A DNA stretch of 64,000 bases from Bispira polyomma. Taxonomy: Eukaryota. A model generated the notes under the pieces. The model had not been told where the DNA came from and ran no database searches. It was given only the letters and a program-made list of their open reading frames with translations. The DNA lies in the NCBI GenBank assembly GCA_965649765.1, contig OZ287756.1, forward strand, positions 2,480,001 to 2,544,000, given 5' to 3'. Positions 1 through 13,012 of the stretch are shown here, in pieces (positions within the stretch are counted from its first letter, which is position 1; each line of letters opens with the position of its first letter). The translations under genes and the position numbers were made by a program.

Positions 1-103
1 TAGTGTAGGGATACAGAACACAGGTTTGGCCAGAGACAAGGCATACTCGTAGATCTCCGTACACTGGATGCAGGTATTAGTGGCAAACTCTTCTAGGCTG
101 ACA
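1..103 (-). CDS. SEC16: SEC16 coding exon 19 (runs off window edge)
   Basis: CCTGCTTAAG|TGTCAGC; SVSLEEFATNTCIQCTEIYEYALSLAKPVFCIPTL matches the Sec16 'FATN..IQ.TE.YEYA.SL' motif. Confidence 0.92.
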
Positions 104-374
104 CTTAAGCAGGAATAGAATACAGGAATAAACTTTTCTAGACTGACACTAGAGGGGGAATATAATACAGGTGTAAAGCTCTGGTACCCACATTTCAGCA
201 CCACTACAACCTCTCTTATTACCAATCCAGTTACAGTTTTGTATTTTCATTCTGTTTGATACTAAAATACTAGTGATATCATTGTTTTAATATTCGAGAA
301 TTCGATATTAGTTGGGATTCCTGTCGCTTTCAACAGCTTAGGTTGTTTAACAATGGCCAGATTTAAGGGTGAAG

Positions 375-460
375 CCACAGTGTAAACCACAGTGTAAACC
401 ACAGTGTAAATTACTGTGTAAACCACAGTGTAAATTATTGTGTAAACCACTGTGTAAACC
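375..460. repeat. 12-bp tandem repeat CCACAGTGTAAA
   Basis: About seven degenerate copies. Confidence 0.9.
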
Positions 461-768
461 AATGAACTACAGCTACCTGATAAACTCTATAGACCACTGC
501 GGCATCTGGTAGACATCTGCAATAATTTCTTGCGATAGCATAGTACGCCATAGATCACTCCAAATGACTTGTAATTGATGCTGTTATAACAAAAACTATA
601 TGACCAACTTCTAAGCAGATCACATCACCAGATAATCATATTTTCAATGACTGCTGATTACATCTAGATTGCATGGTTTGTAATTGTTAACAGTCTTTTA
701 GAACAACTTTCCAATGAGTTTCCTAGGAAATTTATCTCTATCACGAGTGTGTATCGAGTCTGTCTTAC

Positions 769-880
769 CTGTGATTGGCTCCCAGTAATACTAATTTGGC
801 CGTCTTTTTGGAGAAGTCTTGGAATGTACAGCCAGCTAACAGGTAACAGATCTGACTGGCATAGAGGTAACCCCTGGAGG
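769..880 (-). CDS. SEC16: SEC16 coding exon 18
   Basis: TATTTCCAG|CCTCC...CACAG|GTAAGA; ASRGYLYASQICYLLAGCTFQDFSKKTAKLVLLGANH; phase 1-2. Confidence 0.93.
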
Positions 881-1360
881 CTGGAAATACAGGTGTGAGT
901 GTACAGGTAAGTGTACAGGTAACATATCTGACTGGCATAGAGGTAACCCCTGGAGGCCTTGCTAACCACTAGGCCACCGTGGCCCCTCCCTACAGGCTGG
1001 AAATATAGGTGTAAATGTACAGGTAAGTATAAAGGTAACATATCTGACTGCGTAGGGGCAATGTTTAAAGGCTGGAAATACAGGTGTAAATGTACAGATA
1101 ATCAGATTTTTTTTTTTAATTTAACAGTAAATTTGAATTTAATTGGTTTTACGTCGCTTTCAACAGATTAGGTCATGGGTTCAAATCTCACCCTTGCTTA
1201 AGTGTAAGAAAGTTGGCGGCTGAATTGCTGAAGGCTGGCGTGGTTTGCAGAACCTTGAACAACTACCTCTGCTCTGATTTCCCCCCACCTGTGAACTGGC
1301 TGTCATGACATGTTGCAAACATGTTAAAGCCAAACTCATTGACATTTTTATAGCACTTAC

Positions 1361-1501
1361 CGAAGGAATCTCCCATGGAGACAATACTCTTGTAATCTAT
1401 CTGAGGCTTGTCTGAGGGGTGACTCAGTACAATAGCCAGGTGAGGTCTCCAGTCACCAAACCTCTCATCTCCAACCATAGTACAGGCGGCCGGCTGACGA
1501 C
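1361..1501 (-). CDS. SEC16: SEC16 coding exon 17
   Basis: GTGTTGTAG|GTCGTC...TTCG|GTAAGT; RQPAACTMVGDERFGDWRPHLAIVLSH...SMGDSF; phase 1-1. Confidence 0.95.
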
Positions 1502-2108
1502 CTACAACACAAACAAAAACAGTATTATAGTTTAACACAGACTTTTGGAGGTTAGTTTCGTTACTGAAATAATATTGACAGAGGTAAACTACATTCAACT
1601 CCCACTACTGATACTATAAATAGAAGATAGCACAGAGTACTCCATCAATTCCATCGATTGTTGGTTTTTGTCTTCAACTTTTATCTTCTATTTTATCAGC
1701 ATTCCATTTACTACTTTAACAAGTTACTCCTTAAACTGTCGAGACAATAGAGGTTGTACTGGGAAGATATACTAGCCACTAGTATGGGTTTACTTAATTC
1801 AAGCTATATCTAAAGGATCCTAGTATGGAGAATATAAAAGTTGCAGTAAAAGTTCTAATAATCAAATTTTCAATTTGATGAACTTACGTAAAGTTATATT
1901 TTATGCCCAATTATCTCGTCAACATGAAGATCTTACTGTTATCTGAACAAAATCTTCTCCAACAATTTTGGCTAATAGAGATGCTACTGTACAGTTACAT
2001 GACATGAGCCGGTTCATGTGGTCACACAACACTCACCTGACATGAGCTGGTAAATGGTCACATGACACTCACCTGACATGAGCTGGCACATGGTCACATG
2101 ACACTCAC

Positions 2109-2268
2109 CTGACATGAGCTGGTACATGGTTCTCAGTGGGTCGTTCACAGACAGGGCGCTGTTCATGAAGCGTGTGTAGACCGAGGCAGAGATGCGCGGA
2201 CCCATCCTCTGAGCCAGGAACAAGGCCTGCTCCCACAGACCCGCCTTCATGGCAAACTCCAGCGCTTC
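2109..2268 (-). CDS. SEC16: SEC16 coding exon 16
   Basis: TCCCCCAG|GAAGCG...TCAG|GTGAGT; EALEFAMKAGLWEQALFLA...NDPLRTMYQLMSG; phase 0-1. Confidence 0.95.
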
Positions 2269-2516
2269 CTGGGGGACAGAGAGAGAGTTAGGGATAATGT
2301 TTACGGCTGCCACATATACAGAGACATAACAATGCATAGCAGAGGACAGGGAAAAGGAAAAGTGATCCCCATTAAAACTGTCAAAACATTATACAGTGGT
2401 ACACGTAGAACTGTCTTAAGTCAAATATTGCCACAACTTAGTGATTTCCAAGTCCCAACAATTTCTAATGTAAATGTAAGGATAACTAACTAGAAGTAAT
2501 TACAAGTTGCTCCCAC

Positions 2517-2768
2517 CTTTTTCCTGCCAAACAGACAGAGTTGTCTAAATCTATCCAGTGCGGAGGTCCTGGCCGCTTGCGAAACGACCACCCGGTCACT
2601 GGTCACATGACCTTCTGGCCCACCCTCACCTCCCTGTGTCACCACTTCCTTTGTGGTGGTCACCATGGATGTTTCCATGGGAGCACTGGAGCCTGAGAGA
2701 GGCAGGTTTTGAGTGGACTGTTCATGGCCCTCCATCAGTAAGTCAGCCAGATCAGTGCCCACCACAGT
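2517..2768 (-). CDS. SEC16: SEC16 coding exon 15
   Basis: CTCTTTCAG|ACTGTG...AAAAAG|GTGGGA; TVVGTDLADLLM...ALDRFRQLCLFGRKK; 252 nt, phase 0-0. Confidence 0.95.
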
Positions 2769-3202
2769 CTGAAAGAGGAACAAGAGTGGTTCTTTTAAAA
2801 AGAGACACAGGCAAACAGTCTGACATACACTGAGTTAAACATTCATATGGCCACTCTATTCAAGTGTGGCGTATGAATATGTAAAAATTCTACCCTGTCA
2901 CTCATTTCCAGGCTTGTTCCGAAACAGAAGAAATAGTATCAGCAGCCACCTCGCCATTTTACCATATGTTATTATAATATATACTGATGTACATTGGTAC
3001 AATGTTATTAGCTGGTCACAGACACCAGAATGCTAGCAATAATACAAGTCAAAAGCTTTACACTGAGGCATGCTTGAAACCCTACAATATGAGGCTGGGG
3101 CTAAAAAAAACACAGGCTCCCACATCTTAGAAATAAGAGACAATCTTTTAAAATAAGGAGATTTTCCAGGGAAAAGAATCTTAAAATGCAATTCTAACTA
3201 AT

Positions 3203-3285
3203 TTCCCACATCAAGCCCTGGCCGAGATTTGAACCCATGACCTTAGAGGTGGGAGGCGAGTGTGTTAACACTGCGCCACCGAGGT
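3203..3285 (-). mobile_element. tRNA-derived SINE head
   Basis: GGTGGCGCAGTGTTAA (A box) and GGTTCAAATCTC (B box); no proper acceptor stem. Confidence 0.65.
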
Positions 3286-3351
3286 CTCCCTTCTGTTAGG
3301 AGGCCTTTAGTACATTTCAGACAACAAAAACTCCACTCTCTATTTTCTTAC

Positions 3352-3490
3352 CCCATTTTGTTTGATGAGTAGTTCCAGATATCTCCATAGTAACTGTGCA
3401 GACTCCCTGTCAATCATCCCCACACAACTGCCCAGCTCTCGGATCTTATTCTGACAAAACCTCAGGACGTCGTTTTTGTGGGTTTCTCCC
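3352..3490 (-). CDS. SEC16: SEC16 coding exon 14
   Basis: TTTTAAG|GGGAGA...AATGGG|GTAAGA; GETHKNDVLRFCQNK...IDRESAQLLWRYLELLIKQNG (Sec16 'THK.DV..F...S..LLW..L.LL..QNG'). Confidence 0.95.
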
Positions 3491-4499
3491 CTTAAAAAAA
3501 ACAAGACACAAATGATGGGATCCACAACCTCCTGTACAAAGTTTATAGAAATCCTTCATCTCAGAATCTTAACAGTTGACATCATTTAGAGTGAAACGAC
3601 TCGTATTTGTTATACTGTACAAAACAAAAACTTTAGCTGGAAGAAAATTTCACTAATTTATATTATTTGAGAAGTTCACTGGAATAAATTTTTACTATTG
3701 GCTATTTTTTTTAAATAAAATACAATAGGTTTAAATCTTCATCACTGACTCACACATACATAAACACACAACAAACCTCTTAATGGGAGGCCCAGGAAAC
3801 AGCTTTAGTTCCTCCTGATATAACTCCTCGCACACACACACAGACATACATACAGGTTTATGGTGTAGATCGAGGACGTAGGTTTTTTCCTACCCAAATG
3901 AGGACATCTTTATTTGCAAGTTTTTCCACCATATTTCAGTGGTAATGCATCAAATAAATTGATTTCATGCTATTATTAATCTAAAATTTTAAGTAATACT
4001 TGTAGGTAAAATACAGGAATTTTACAAGACAACTGAGGACATTTATATCAGCACTTAGTAGCAATTTTGGTATTCAACAGAGGACACACGTGTACAAGAA
4101 CTGTAATATATTATAGAGGACACACATTTGAGGTATTATCTATCAAACTGAGGGCATAGTATGGCCTAAGATATAATTACCACAAATAGTTAACTGAATC
4201 TTTTTTAACACCTCAACTTAGTTCTGGTTAAAAGACTGACGTATGGTCAATCATAGCCTTGCTTTAATTTACTTAGGATATAATAAATCGGTCGTAATTT
4301 TCTTGTACTTTTGGCATACTAAGCAAGCATCAAACAATACTTAAAGTACATTTCCATCAGTTGTGCTCCTATCTAGAACTGTTCTATTAATACCCTGGCC
4401 TATATACAGAGAAGACAGAAATAGAAAACAAACAATATAGAAAGGGATACACATTGAAATATGAAATGCCCGTTGCAGGCATATAGTGTAGATATTTAA

Positions 4500-4960
4500 T
4501 ATCTAAAAGAGGACACTTAGATATACATGTATATTCAATGGAAGACTCACAGTTTATCAGATTAATTGTATCCAATAGAGGACACAGTTTATCAGATATA
4601 TGGTATCCAATAGAGGACACACAGTTTATCAGATATATAATACCAGATGGAGGACACACAGTATAATATCAAATTGAGGACACACAGTTTACCAGATATA
4701 TGGTATCAAATAGAGGACACACAGTTCGTCAGAAATATGGTATCAAATAGGGGACACACAGTTTAATATCAAATAGAGGACACACAGTTTACCAGATCTA
4801 TGATACCAGATAGGGGACACACAGTATAATATCAAATAGAGGACACACAGTTTACCAGATCTATGATATCAAACAGAGGGCACACAGTTTATCAGATATA
4901 TAATATTAGATAGAGGACACAGTTTCTCATATATATATAATATAAAATAGAGAACACAAA
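4500..4960. repeat. Degenerate minisatellite, core AATAGAGGACACACAGTTTA(T/C)CAGATAT
   Basis: More than ten recognisable GAGGACAC-centred units of ~27-38 bp. Confidence 0.85.
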
Positions 4961-6419
4961 CCTGAGGTAAATATTATCCTAAAGAGGATGATGTTTCTAA
5001 GTCTTAAAGTGGTAGGATAAAGTAAACATTTAACTATCAGGGTAAGTAGCCTTACAGAAATCTGTAGCTTGTATTCCCTTGAATACATACAATTTGCTGT
5101 TTGACTGAATTAGTTCAAAGTCCAGTCGTAGGTTGATGAGAATAACAGCGAAGGAGGGAGGACACCAATAGTTGTTGTGATGTAACCAAAGTTTAATGAA
5201 GAGATTTGTGCAGTTTAGTACAGTCAAGGTCTAGCTGAAGGTCAAGGGATGGAGAGAAAGAGGGAACATGGCAATAGTGATTGTGAAATGAGAAACAGAT
5301 TTAAGTAGTGTAGGCAACGGAATACCGGTATCCATTTTCCATTTTCATTTTCCATATTTTCATCAGTATCGGCCAAATTCAAACAAATTAATAGCCATTC
5401 GGTTCAAACTACATGTTTACACAATATCATTTTCTAACACCTATTTAGGCATTGTAGGTGTGTTAGTATCATATGACACTTTGCACCAACTATCTTACTT
5501 CGAATATCTGATTTTTTAAACAGGAAGTGAATTATTTTACTATGTGTATTACCGTAGCACCTAAAATTACACCTACTGAGGTATGGTTTAAGATGAAATC
5601 TTTTTATGATGTGAGCTATGACATAATTTATGACGTAAATCCCTTATTACAGTTTTCAATTAAACTATGGCTGGTAAGAAAATATTTTATGGTTTTATGA
5701 TGGTTCACCGTATTTTCGACCTATTAAACGAGTAAATAATCCTTGCAGTTTTGTAGGCCATTTTAGTATTTAAGTTACGATATGAAGTGACCTTGTATAT
5801 TTTTATAGATTTTTTTTTGTTGAAATGCAAGTTATTTTTAAAAATGACTCTGATTCTTTATTTTTGGTAAAAACGAACTGAAAATATGAATATTGACCAT
5901 ATATTATTTCGCCGGCAGAAATGTATTATTCAAATAAAAAGTGGTCAGTAAAATAAATAACTTTATTTATCGACCGAGGGTAAAATACATTCACATTTAT
6001 TTTACTAACATCTGTTGTCATAATAGCTTCATCATATTAAAAAATGGATCGAAACGTCTGGTAGGTTGAGCGTCAGATATACATTTTATTGCACAAGTAA
6101 GTCACATACTTACACACAAGACACGTTTTGAATTTTGTAAATTGGAGAAATATTAAGCAAGTTATGATGGTTTAAAGTATAATACATTTGCAAAGTAGTG
6201 GACCAATCATAAATGCAAAAGTCAAAGTAAGTCCAAGAAGTGCGAGGTATAGTAAGAACCGGTACTTGGTTCTATTTGGGGGTCTTGCCTTATTTATTTA
6301 ATGAATTTTCATAAATTCCTAACAAAGACGATATAAAAATTGAGAGACTTTATTAACAGTAAAAGTATTTGGTATCCTTGCATTACCCGTTTCTGACTGA
6401 GTAAGGCATTTTACCACAT

Positions 6420-7845
6420 TATATGACATTAACATTTGTATATTTGAAAAAAAAAACAATACTAAGAGGAACAATACTAATTAGTAATTACTCGTGTCAA
6501 TATAGTAATAAAAGATATAATTAAGTTCATTATGCAAATCTAAATGATCCATGCTGTTATTAATTTATGTGTACAAAGTTAATTTTAATCATACATGTTA
6601 TGCTTGTTATCTTTCTACCAAACTATAAACTGATTGTAAAACTCTGTAAACCCTGTTTTTCTAGCACATTGTAGTTGATAATACTGGAATCGGTGTATTA
6701 GTACTGGTTTTAAGTTTTTAGGTTTAATTGTAACTAAATATAGATCAATTGCCAATTTTATTCAATAAAGACTTCGAAGGATTGATTGAAACGAAGATTT
6801 ACGGTCTGTGAGATCCCTTTTAGAACCATACTATAGGATATAGTATGTATTGTAGTTGTCTGTATAGAGAATGTAACAAATAGAATTGCTAAATTGATTA
6901 TCATTTGCTATATTTATGTCCTCTATTGTATTCTAAATATCACAGCTGTGTGTCCTCTGTTGGGTATTATGTATCTCAGCCATATAGAAGTAATAGAAAA
7001 GTAATAGATTTGCTGAAATTTCAAAGTAATAGATTTCAAAATTTAAAATGTAATAGTAATAGACTGCAAAGTAGTAGATTTTATCTATTACCTTTCTATT
7101 ACTTTTATTGTTTTATCATGGAACATATTCTTTTAGGTACTCACATTGTTACACTGTATGATAAATTAAATATTGCAAGATTTCCACTCACAACACAGAA
7201 TTGAAGGATATATATTTAAATGAATCCATTCAACAAGCTCATTGACACAGGACATTTGATAAATTTTTATTCCCCTTTTAAAAATTATTTCATGTTAAAA
7301 GCCCATAATCATCTATTCAGATTTTTTACACTTAAAATGATTTTTAAACTTTTTATTTCGTATTTTAGAAAACACTTTTTAAAGAATTATTGCACATGAA
7401 ACTTTTTTCTTTTTTGGGCCCCCATTTATTAATGCACTCATTCATTAATGTAAGCTTTTCAAAATATGTCCATTGTCTTGTGAGAATTACCTACTTGAGT
7501 AACATTAACAAAAGCTGCAGAATTACAAAATCTTGCAAGTTTTGTCATCAAATGTGGAATACATTTATGAAGCTGTGTGTTTGCAAAGGCTAACATAGAG
7601 AGGCTGGAGAGAAAAAGAATCTGTAGGGAAACAGTTCATAGTAGTGAGGTCATCATTAGCTTATTTTATTGCGATAAATACACCTTACCTTACCCTCACA
7701 GTGTGCTTAATCCTATTTTTGAATTAACCGTTCAAACCATAGAATAAATAGCCCTTTTTTTAAAAGACTTTTCTTGTACCAACTGACAATGTGCACTGCG
7801 AATGCACGGAAGTAACTTCCTTCCGGTTACAGCATGGCATAGTAC
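6420..7845. repeat. Left arm of ~1.4-kb inverted repeat (pairs with 11563-13012)
   Basis: Reverse-complement match along its length, e.g. the same spurious peptide in ORFs 6905..7204(+) and 12232..12426(-). Confidence 0.95.
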
Positions 7846-10800
7846 TGCTGTTGTTATCTACAGAAGATCCATCACCTCTTTGCTTTGATATGACTGAACA
7901 ACAATGTTCATACAGTGATGTCCCAGTAAAACTCATTCTTTGTATGCCTAACTAGCCTCTACACTGTCTGAGTTTTGCAGTCCAGTGGGTTCTCTAAAGG
8001 AAGACCTTTGCTTCAGTGGTAGAGGATCAGCCCTCGACTGCCGTAGACCCTCTACAGGCCTTTGACGTTCTGAAGTTGCGAGTGGGCTAGGCCCCAGATA
8101 GTTCTCAACTTACTTAGCTCCAGTTTTGAAGGTGGGAGATAGATGTGCAGAATTCTGAAGACTCCTGCTGTTTTTACCTGCACATGATCAATCACCTCCC
8201 TGCTGTGGTGTGACTGAGGAGTAAAACTCAGCATTTGTATGCCTAGTAGCCTCTACAATGTCTGAAGTTTGCAGCATAGTCCTATGAACAAGAGAGCCAG
8301 GCTTCCCGAGTGGTTAACTGTCTTATCTTTTGCCCTACACAGAGATGACCATGTAAAAGTGTTTGAGTTGGCAGACTACCCTTCCTTTCTAAGGTGAGGA
8401 CAGGGCTGGACCATTGGTGTGTCCTTACTTACAGTTTCCATCCCATGAGCAAGAGTTTGTGGAGTTTGTCAGAATTGTAGATCGTGGGGAGATATCAGGC
8501 CTGATTTTATTTTTCTCTTACAAGTCAGGACGAACACAACACCCAGGTTACCAGAGAAGGCAGAAGTTCAGACTATGAGGTTGATTCTTCTTACTGCAGT
8601 TTTACCTTCATCTGACCCTTTGCAGACTCTTTTACAGAGAATGGAGCTTTATCGTGACCGGGGATCCCATATCAAGAAATTTTTAAAAAGAATGGAGCTT
8701 TATCGTGACAGGGGATCCAATATCAAGAAATTTGCAAAGTATTAAGTTATTGCCAGGAGATTAAACAGAGATTCTCTTATCTCAGACACAGACCCATGAC
8801 TTCGTCAACCTTCAAGAGATGCAGTTTTGAAAACTGTAAATCACCTTGTATTACTGAAAGGGCCATGTTTTTGACAGTAAAATAGCTCACACACAGTATT
8901 CTGACTTATCACAGTCTTCTCAGCAGAGATCCCTACTGAGAGACTGATACGTATTTGCAGTTGGCCATTTCAGCATTGCTTGAGAAGTAGTGACTGTTAG
9001 ATGGTGTTTGGTGCTTTTCGGAGTTATACGTATGATGAGATGGGCTCTTCGTCTCGAGAGCTCTCAGCATACACAACAGTTTCAGAGAGGTCTCAGCGTT
9101 TCCATGGTTTCAAGTTTGGTTATAAACAAGGCAAGCTCTCGTAGCAGTGTGAGATTTGGGGAGAGTTATCAGCATTTTCACAGGCCGGAAATGAAGGTAC
9201 ATGCTGTCCAAGTTTACCACGTTGAGATGAGGTGGAGATATGTGGATTTTACAGTGTTTCTAGCTGAAATAGGTATATTTGGGGCGTTAGACATCTCATA
9301 TTCTTGTAAATTCAAAGATTCGTCAGATTCGTATTGAGGAACCATCAGTCTATGGGGAGTTGTATGTGGCGGAAGCTGTTTGGTCACCTTTCATATCCTT
9401 ATTGGTTAGTATTCGCCCAGATTTGTCACAGATTCGCTATGCGGAACATGTGGCTACTAATGACAGCCTACAAGCCCCTGTTAGTCGACTGTCTGGTTGA
9501 TTGAGTCTACATCGCTATAACAGAGTCAAATTCAGATTTATTAAATGAGTTTAATTCAACAGTTCAAAGACTGGGCTGATTGATAAACCTTTAAAAATCA
9601 GAGCTTTAGCCCACTCGATGACAGGTTTTTGCTGCTACCACTTTACTTTGAATCCAGAAGTGGTAGTTTTTGTCGAAGGCGTTTCTAGCGGTCAAGTTAG
9701 TCCAGTGTAACACCCACAATGTTTATATTCTTCATACAAGAAAACAGTGCTATTTGTAAGGTTACTTTTAAAAACCCTTCCAATGGTATCTAAAATCTCA
9801 TTGCCAGTACCCTAGTCACTGGTAATCCAAATACCTGTAACTGCTCAGATAAGGTACCATCTTCCATGGTTTCCAGCCGATTTGACAGCCAGTGGTGTAT
9901 GGTCAGGTTTAGACACAAGTTTTTCTATAAATATCCTCAAGTTGTAGGCAGTCCTACTGGCACTCGAGGCATTTGGCAGTCAGATACTGGGAAATGAGTT
10001 TCTCCTAGCCCCCGACAGTGTAACAGCAGTAGCTCATTTGAATAAACAACAGGAACTCATTCTTTGGAGATGTGTCTCCTGGTATGGTGGATACTTACCT
10101 ATTACAATCCCAGGAAGATCTGGTTTCGAGCCTGTCTCGTAGAGAGTTGAATCTCAGATGTCTAGTAGCAATCCTTCCAAAGCTGGTTTAGAAATTGCTA
10201 ACTTACCAGTGTAGAATGATGGTCTTAGCTCCGGGATGGCCAGGCATGACCTGGTTGTGGGATCTGGTGGACTTATCGATCAGACCAGCAGTTTTCATAC
10301 CCAGTGGCTTTATTGGCTCAAGAAACTGTTTGGCCACAGTTATCTACAGAATGTTCTATATCTGTATCTCAATGTTTGGGTACTAGAATACAATTGCAAC
10401 GGATTCTCAGTACTCAAGATTAGTGAAGGATCGAAATAAGGCACTTCAGAGAATATCCTCTAGACAAGTGTATGAATCACGGTGGGCCTTACTGTTCTTT
10501 CAACAGAGAAATCTCAAATCCTCAACTATGGCTAGTTCTTCAAAACTTTTTGCAGATCACTTGTGATTGAAAAGACTAGAACTTCTGGCAAGTCTTGAAC
10601 TGAATAGAGTTCTGGACAGTTTTATAGACAAACCTGTGATTGGTAGAGGTTTTCCTTCTTGAGACTTGTCATTGGTACTTTTAGCTTTGACCAAGCCTTC
10701 ATTTGAACCTATGAAAGAGGCTTCCTTGAAACCGGTTTTCTTCAAAACCTTATTACTTATGGCCTCAGGGAAGAGAAGAGATGAACTTCATGCATGGACC

Positions 10801-11640
10801 TTCTCTTCTCGCAACTTTAAACCACATTGGAATAAGGCTATTGTATCTCTCTCCTGTGTTTTGGTTTAGAACCAGTTGACTTCTCTAAGTCTAGAGTTTT
10901 TCACCTTGTATCCTCTGAGCTCTCTGAGATCCTATCTCAAGTGCCCCAAGGATAGGAAAGCCTGCTTTCCATTTGCCTACAGGGGAAGCTTTAGCAAAGA
11001 TATATAAATAATTACTTTTTCATCTTGGCTAAAACAGACAATCTTAGATTAGAATGCAGACACTGTGATTGAGAACCTTTGCCAGGTTAAGGCACATTTG
11101 AGGTTCTCTTTACTCACAAAAATAACATTACTGGGGTCGAGACATCTTTTTGTATAGAGTTTACTGCCATGATCCTGTGTTTGTGCATGTACAGTTTTAT
11201 CTTCACCTTATGCTGATGACTCATGTGTGTTGTCTCTTCTTTGCAGGCCTCCTGATATGTTGCGTCCTGCTTGATAAGGTAGAACCATCATTAAGAAAGG
11301 TCACACTGCAGGGTTTGATTACTCCATCTACTTGTCTGGCTTTGCTACCTGCACATCCTGTACAGTTTCACATGTTTGATAGACTGAATTACAAGTTTTG
11401 AGTAAGATACACCCTAGCTGCTATCTTTTAATCTTAACTGTGTGTTTTTAGTTTTCATGAATTAATGTAATTCTTACGACTTTAACTCAGTTCTGTCTAC
11501 TACTTCACTTTATTATTAGTCTGGTGTAAACTTGGGCTTTAAGCTCCATTAAGTTTGCCACCAGTTACCATGCCACACTGTAATAAGAAGGAAGCTACTT
11601 CCGCGTATGCTCAGTGCAGATTGTCGGTTGGGACAAGAAA
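7770..11640 (+). mobile_element. Decayed DIRS1-like tyrosine-recombinase retrotransposon
   Basis: RNase H remnant at ~9890-10070 (GVWS...SINILKL*AVLLALEAF...DSVTAVAHLNKQ); YR remnant at 10660-10870 (DLSLVLLALTKPSFEPM...KTLLLMASGKRRDELHAW); many stops and frameshifts; inverted termini. Confidence 0.8.
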
Positions 11641-13012
11641 CGTCTTTTAAAAAAGGGCTATTTATTCTTTAGTTTGAGCGGTTAATTCAAAAATAGAACT
11701 AAGCACACTGTGAGGATAAGGTAAGGTGTATTTATCACAATAAAATAAGCTAATGGTGACCTCACTACTATAAACTGTTTCCCTACAGATTCTTTTTCTC
11801 TCCAGCCTCTCTATGTTAGCCTTTGCAAACACACAGCTTCATAAATGTATTCCACATTTGATGACAAAACATGCAAGATTTTGTAATTCTGCAGCTTTTG
11901 TTAATGTTACTCAAGTAGGTAATTCTCACAAGACAATAGACATATTTTGAAAAGCTTACATTAATGAAAGGCCTACATTAATGAATTGGCTCCCAAAAAA
12001 GACAAAAGTTTATGTATCATTATATCATTATCATATAAATAAACAATAATTCTTTAAAAAGTGTTTTCTAAAATACGAAATAAAAAGTTTAAAAATCATT
12101 TTAAGTGTAAAAAATCTGAATAGATGATTATGGGCTTTTAACATGGAATAATTTTAAAAAGGGGAATAAAAATATATCAAATATCCCATGTCAATAAGCT
12201 TGTTCAATGGATTCATTTAAATATATATTCTTCAATTCTGTGTTGTGAGGGGAAATCTTGCAATATTTAATTTATCATACAGTGTAACAATGCGAGTGCC
12301 CAAAAGAATATGTTCCATAATAAAACAATAAAAGTAATAGAAAGGTAATAGATAAAATCTACTACTTTGCAGTCTATTACTATTACATTTTAAATTTTGA
12401 AATGTATTACTTTGAAATTTCAGCAAATCTATTACTTTTCTATTACTTCTATATGGCTGAGATACATAATACCCAACAGAGGCACACAGCTGTGATATTT
12501 AGAATACAATAGAGGACATAAATATAGCAAATGATAATCAATTTAGCAATTCTATTTGTTACATTCTCTATACAGACAACTACAATACATACTATATCCT
12601 ATAGTATGGTTCTAAAAGGGATCTCACAGACCGTAAATCTTCATTTCAATCAATCTTTCAAAGTCTTTCTTGAATAAAAATGGCAATTGATCTATATTTA
12701 GTTACAATTAAACCGAAAAACTTAAAACCAGTACTAATACACCGATTCCACTATTATCAACTACAATGTGCTAGAAAAACAGAGTTTACAGAGTTTTACA
12801 ATCAGTTTATAGTTTGGTAGAAAGATAACAAGCATAACATGTATGATTAAAATTAACTTTGTACACATAAATTAATAACAGCATGGATCATCTAGCTTTG
12901 CATAATGAACTTAATTATATCTTTTATTACTATATTGACACAAGTAATTACTAATTAGTATTGTTCTTCTTAGTATTGTTTTTCTTCAAATATACAAATG
13001 TTAATGTCATAT
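11563..13012. repeat. Right arm of ~1.4-kb inverted repeat
   Basis: Ends ...AATGTTAATGTCATAT, the reverse complement of ATATGACATTAACATT at 6421. Confidence 0.95.

Noticed and set aside
262-462. 66-aa VYTV-repeat ORF
   Set aside because: Translation of a 12-bp intronic tandem repeat.
3203-3285. tRNA gene
   Set aside because: A and B boxes are present but there is no convincing cloverleaf or acceptor stem; it continues into SINE-like sequence.
6905-7204. Duplicated small protein gene (also 12232..12426)
   Set aside because: Non-ATG start, low-complexity AT-rich sequence; the identity is explained by the inverted repeat.
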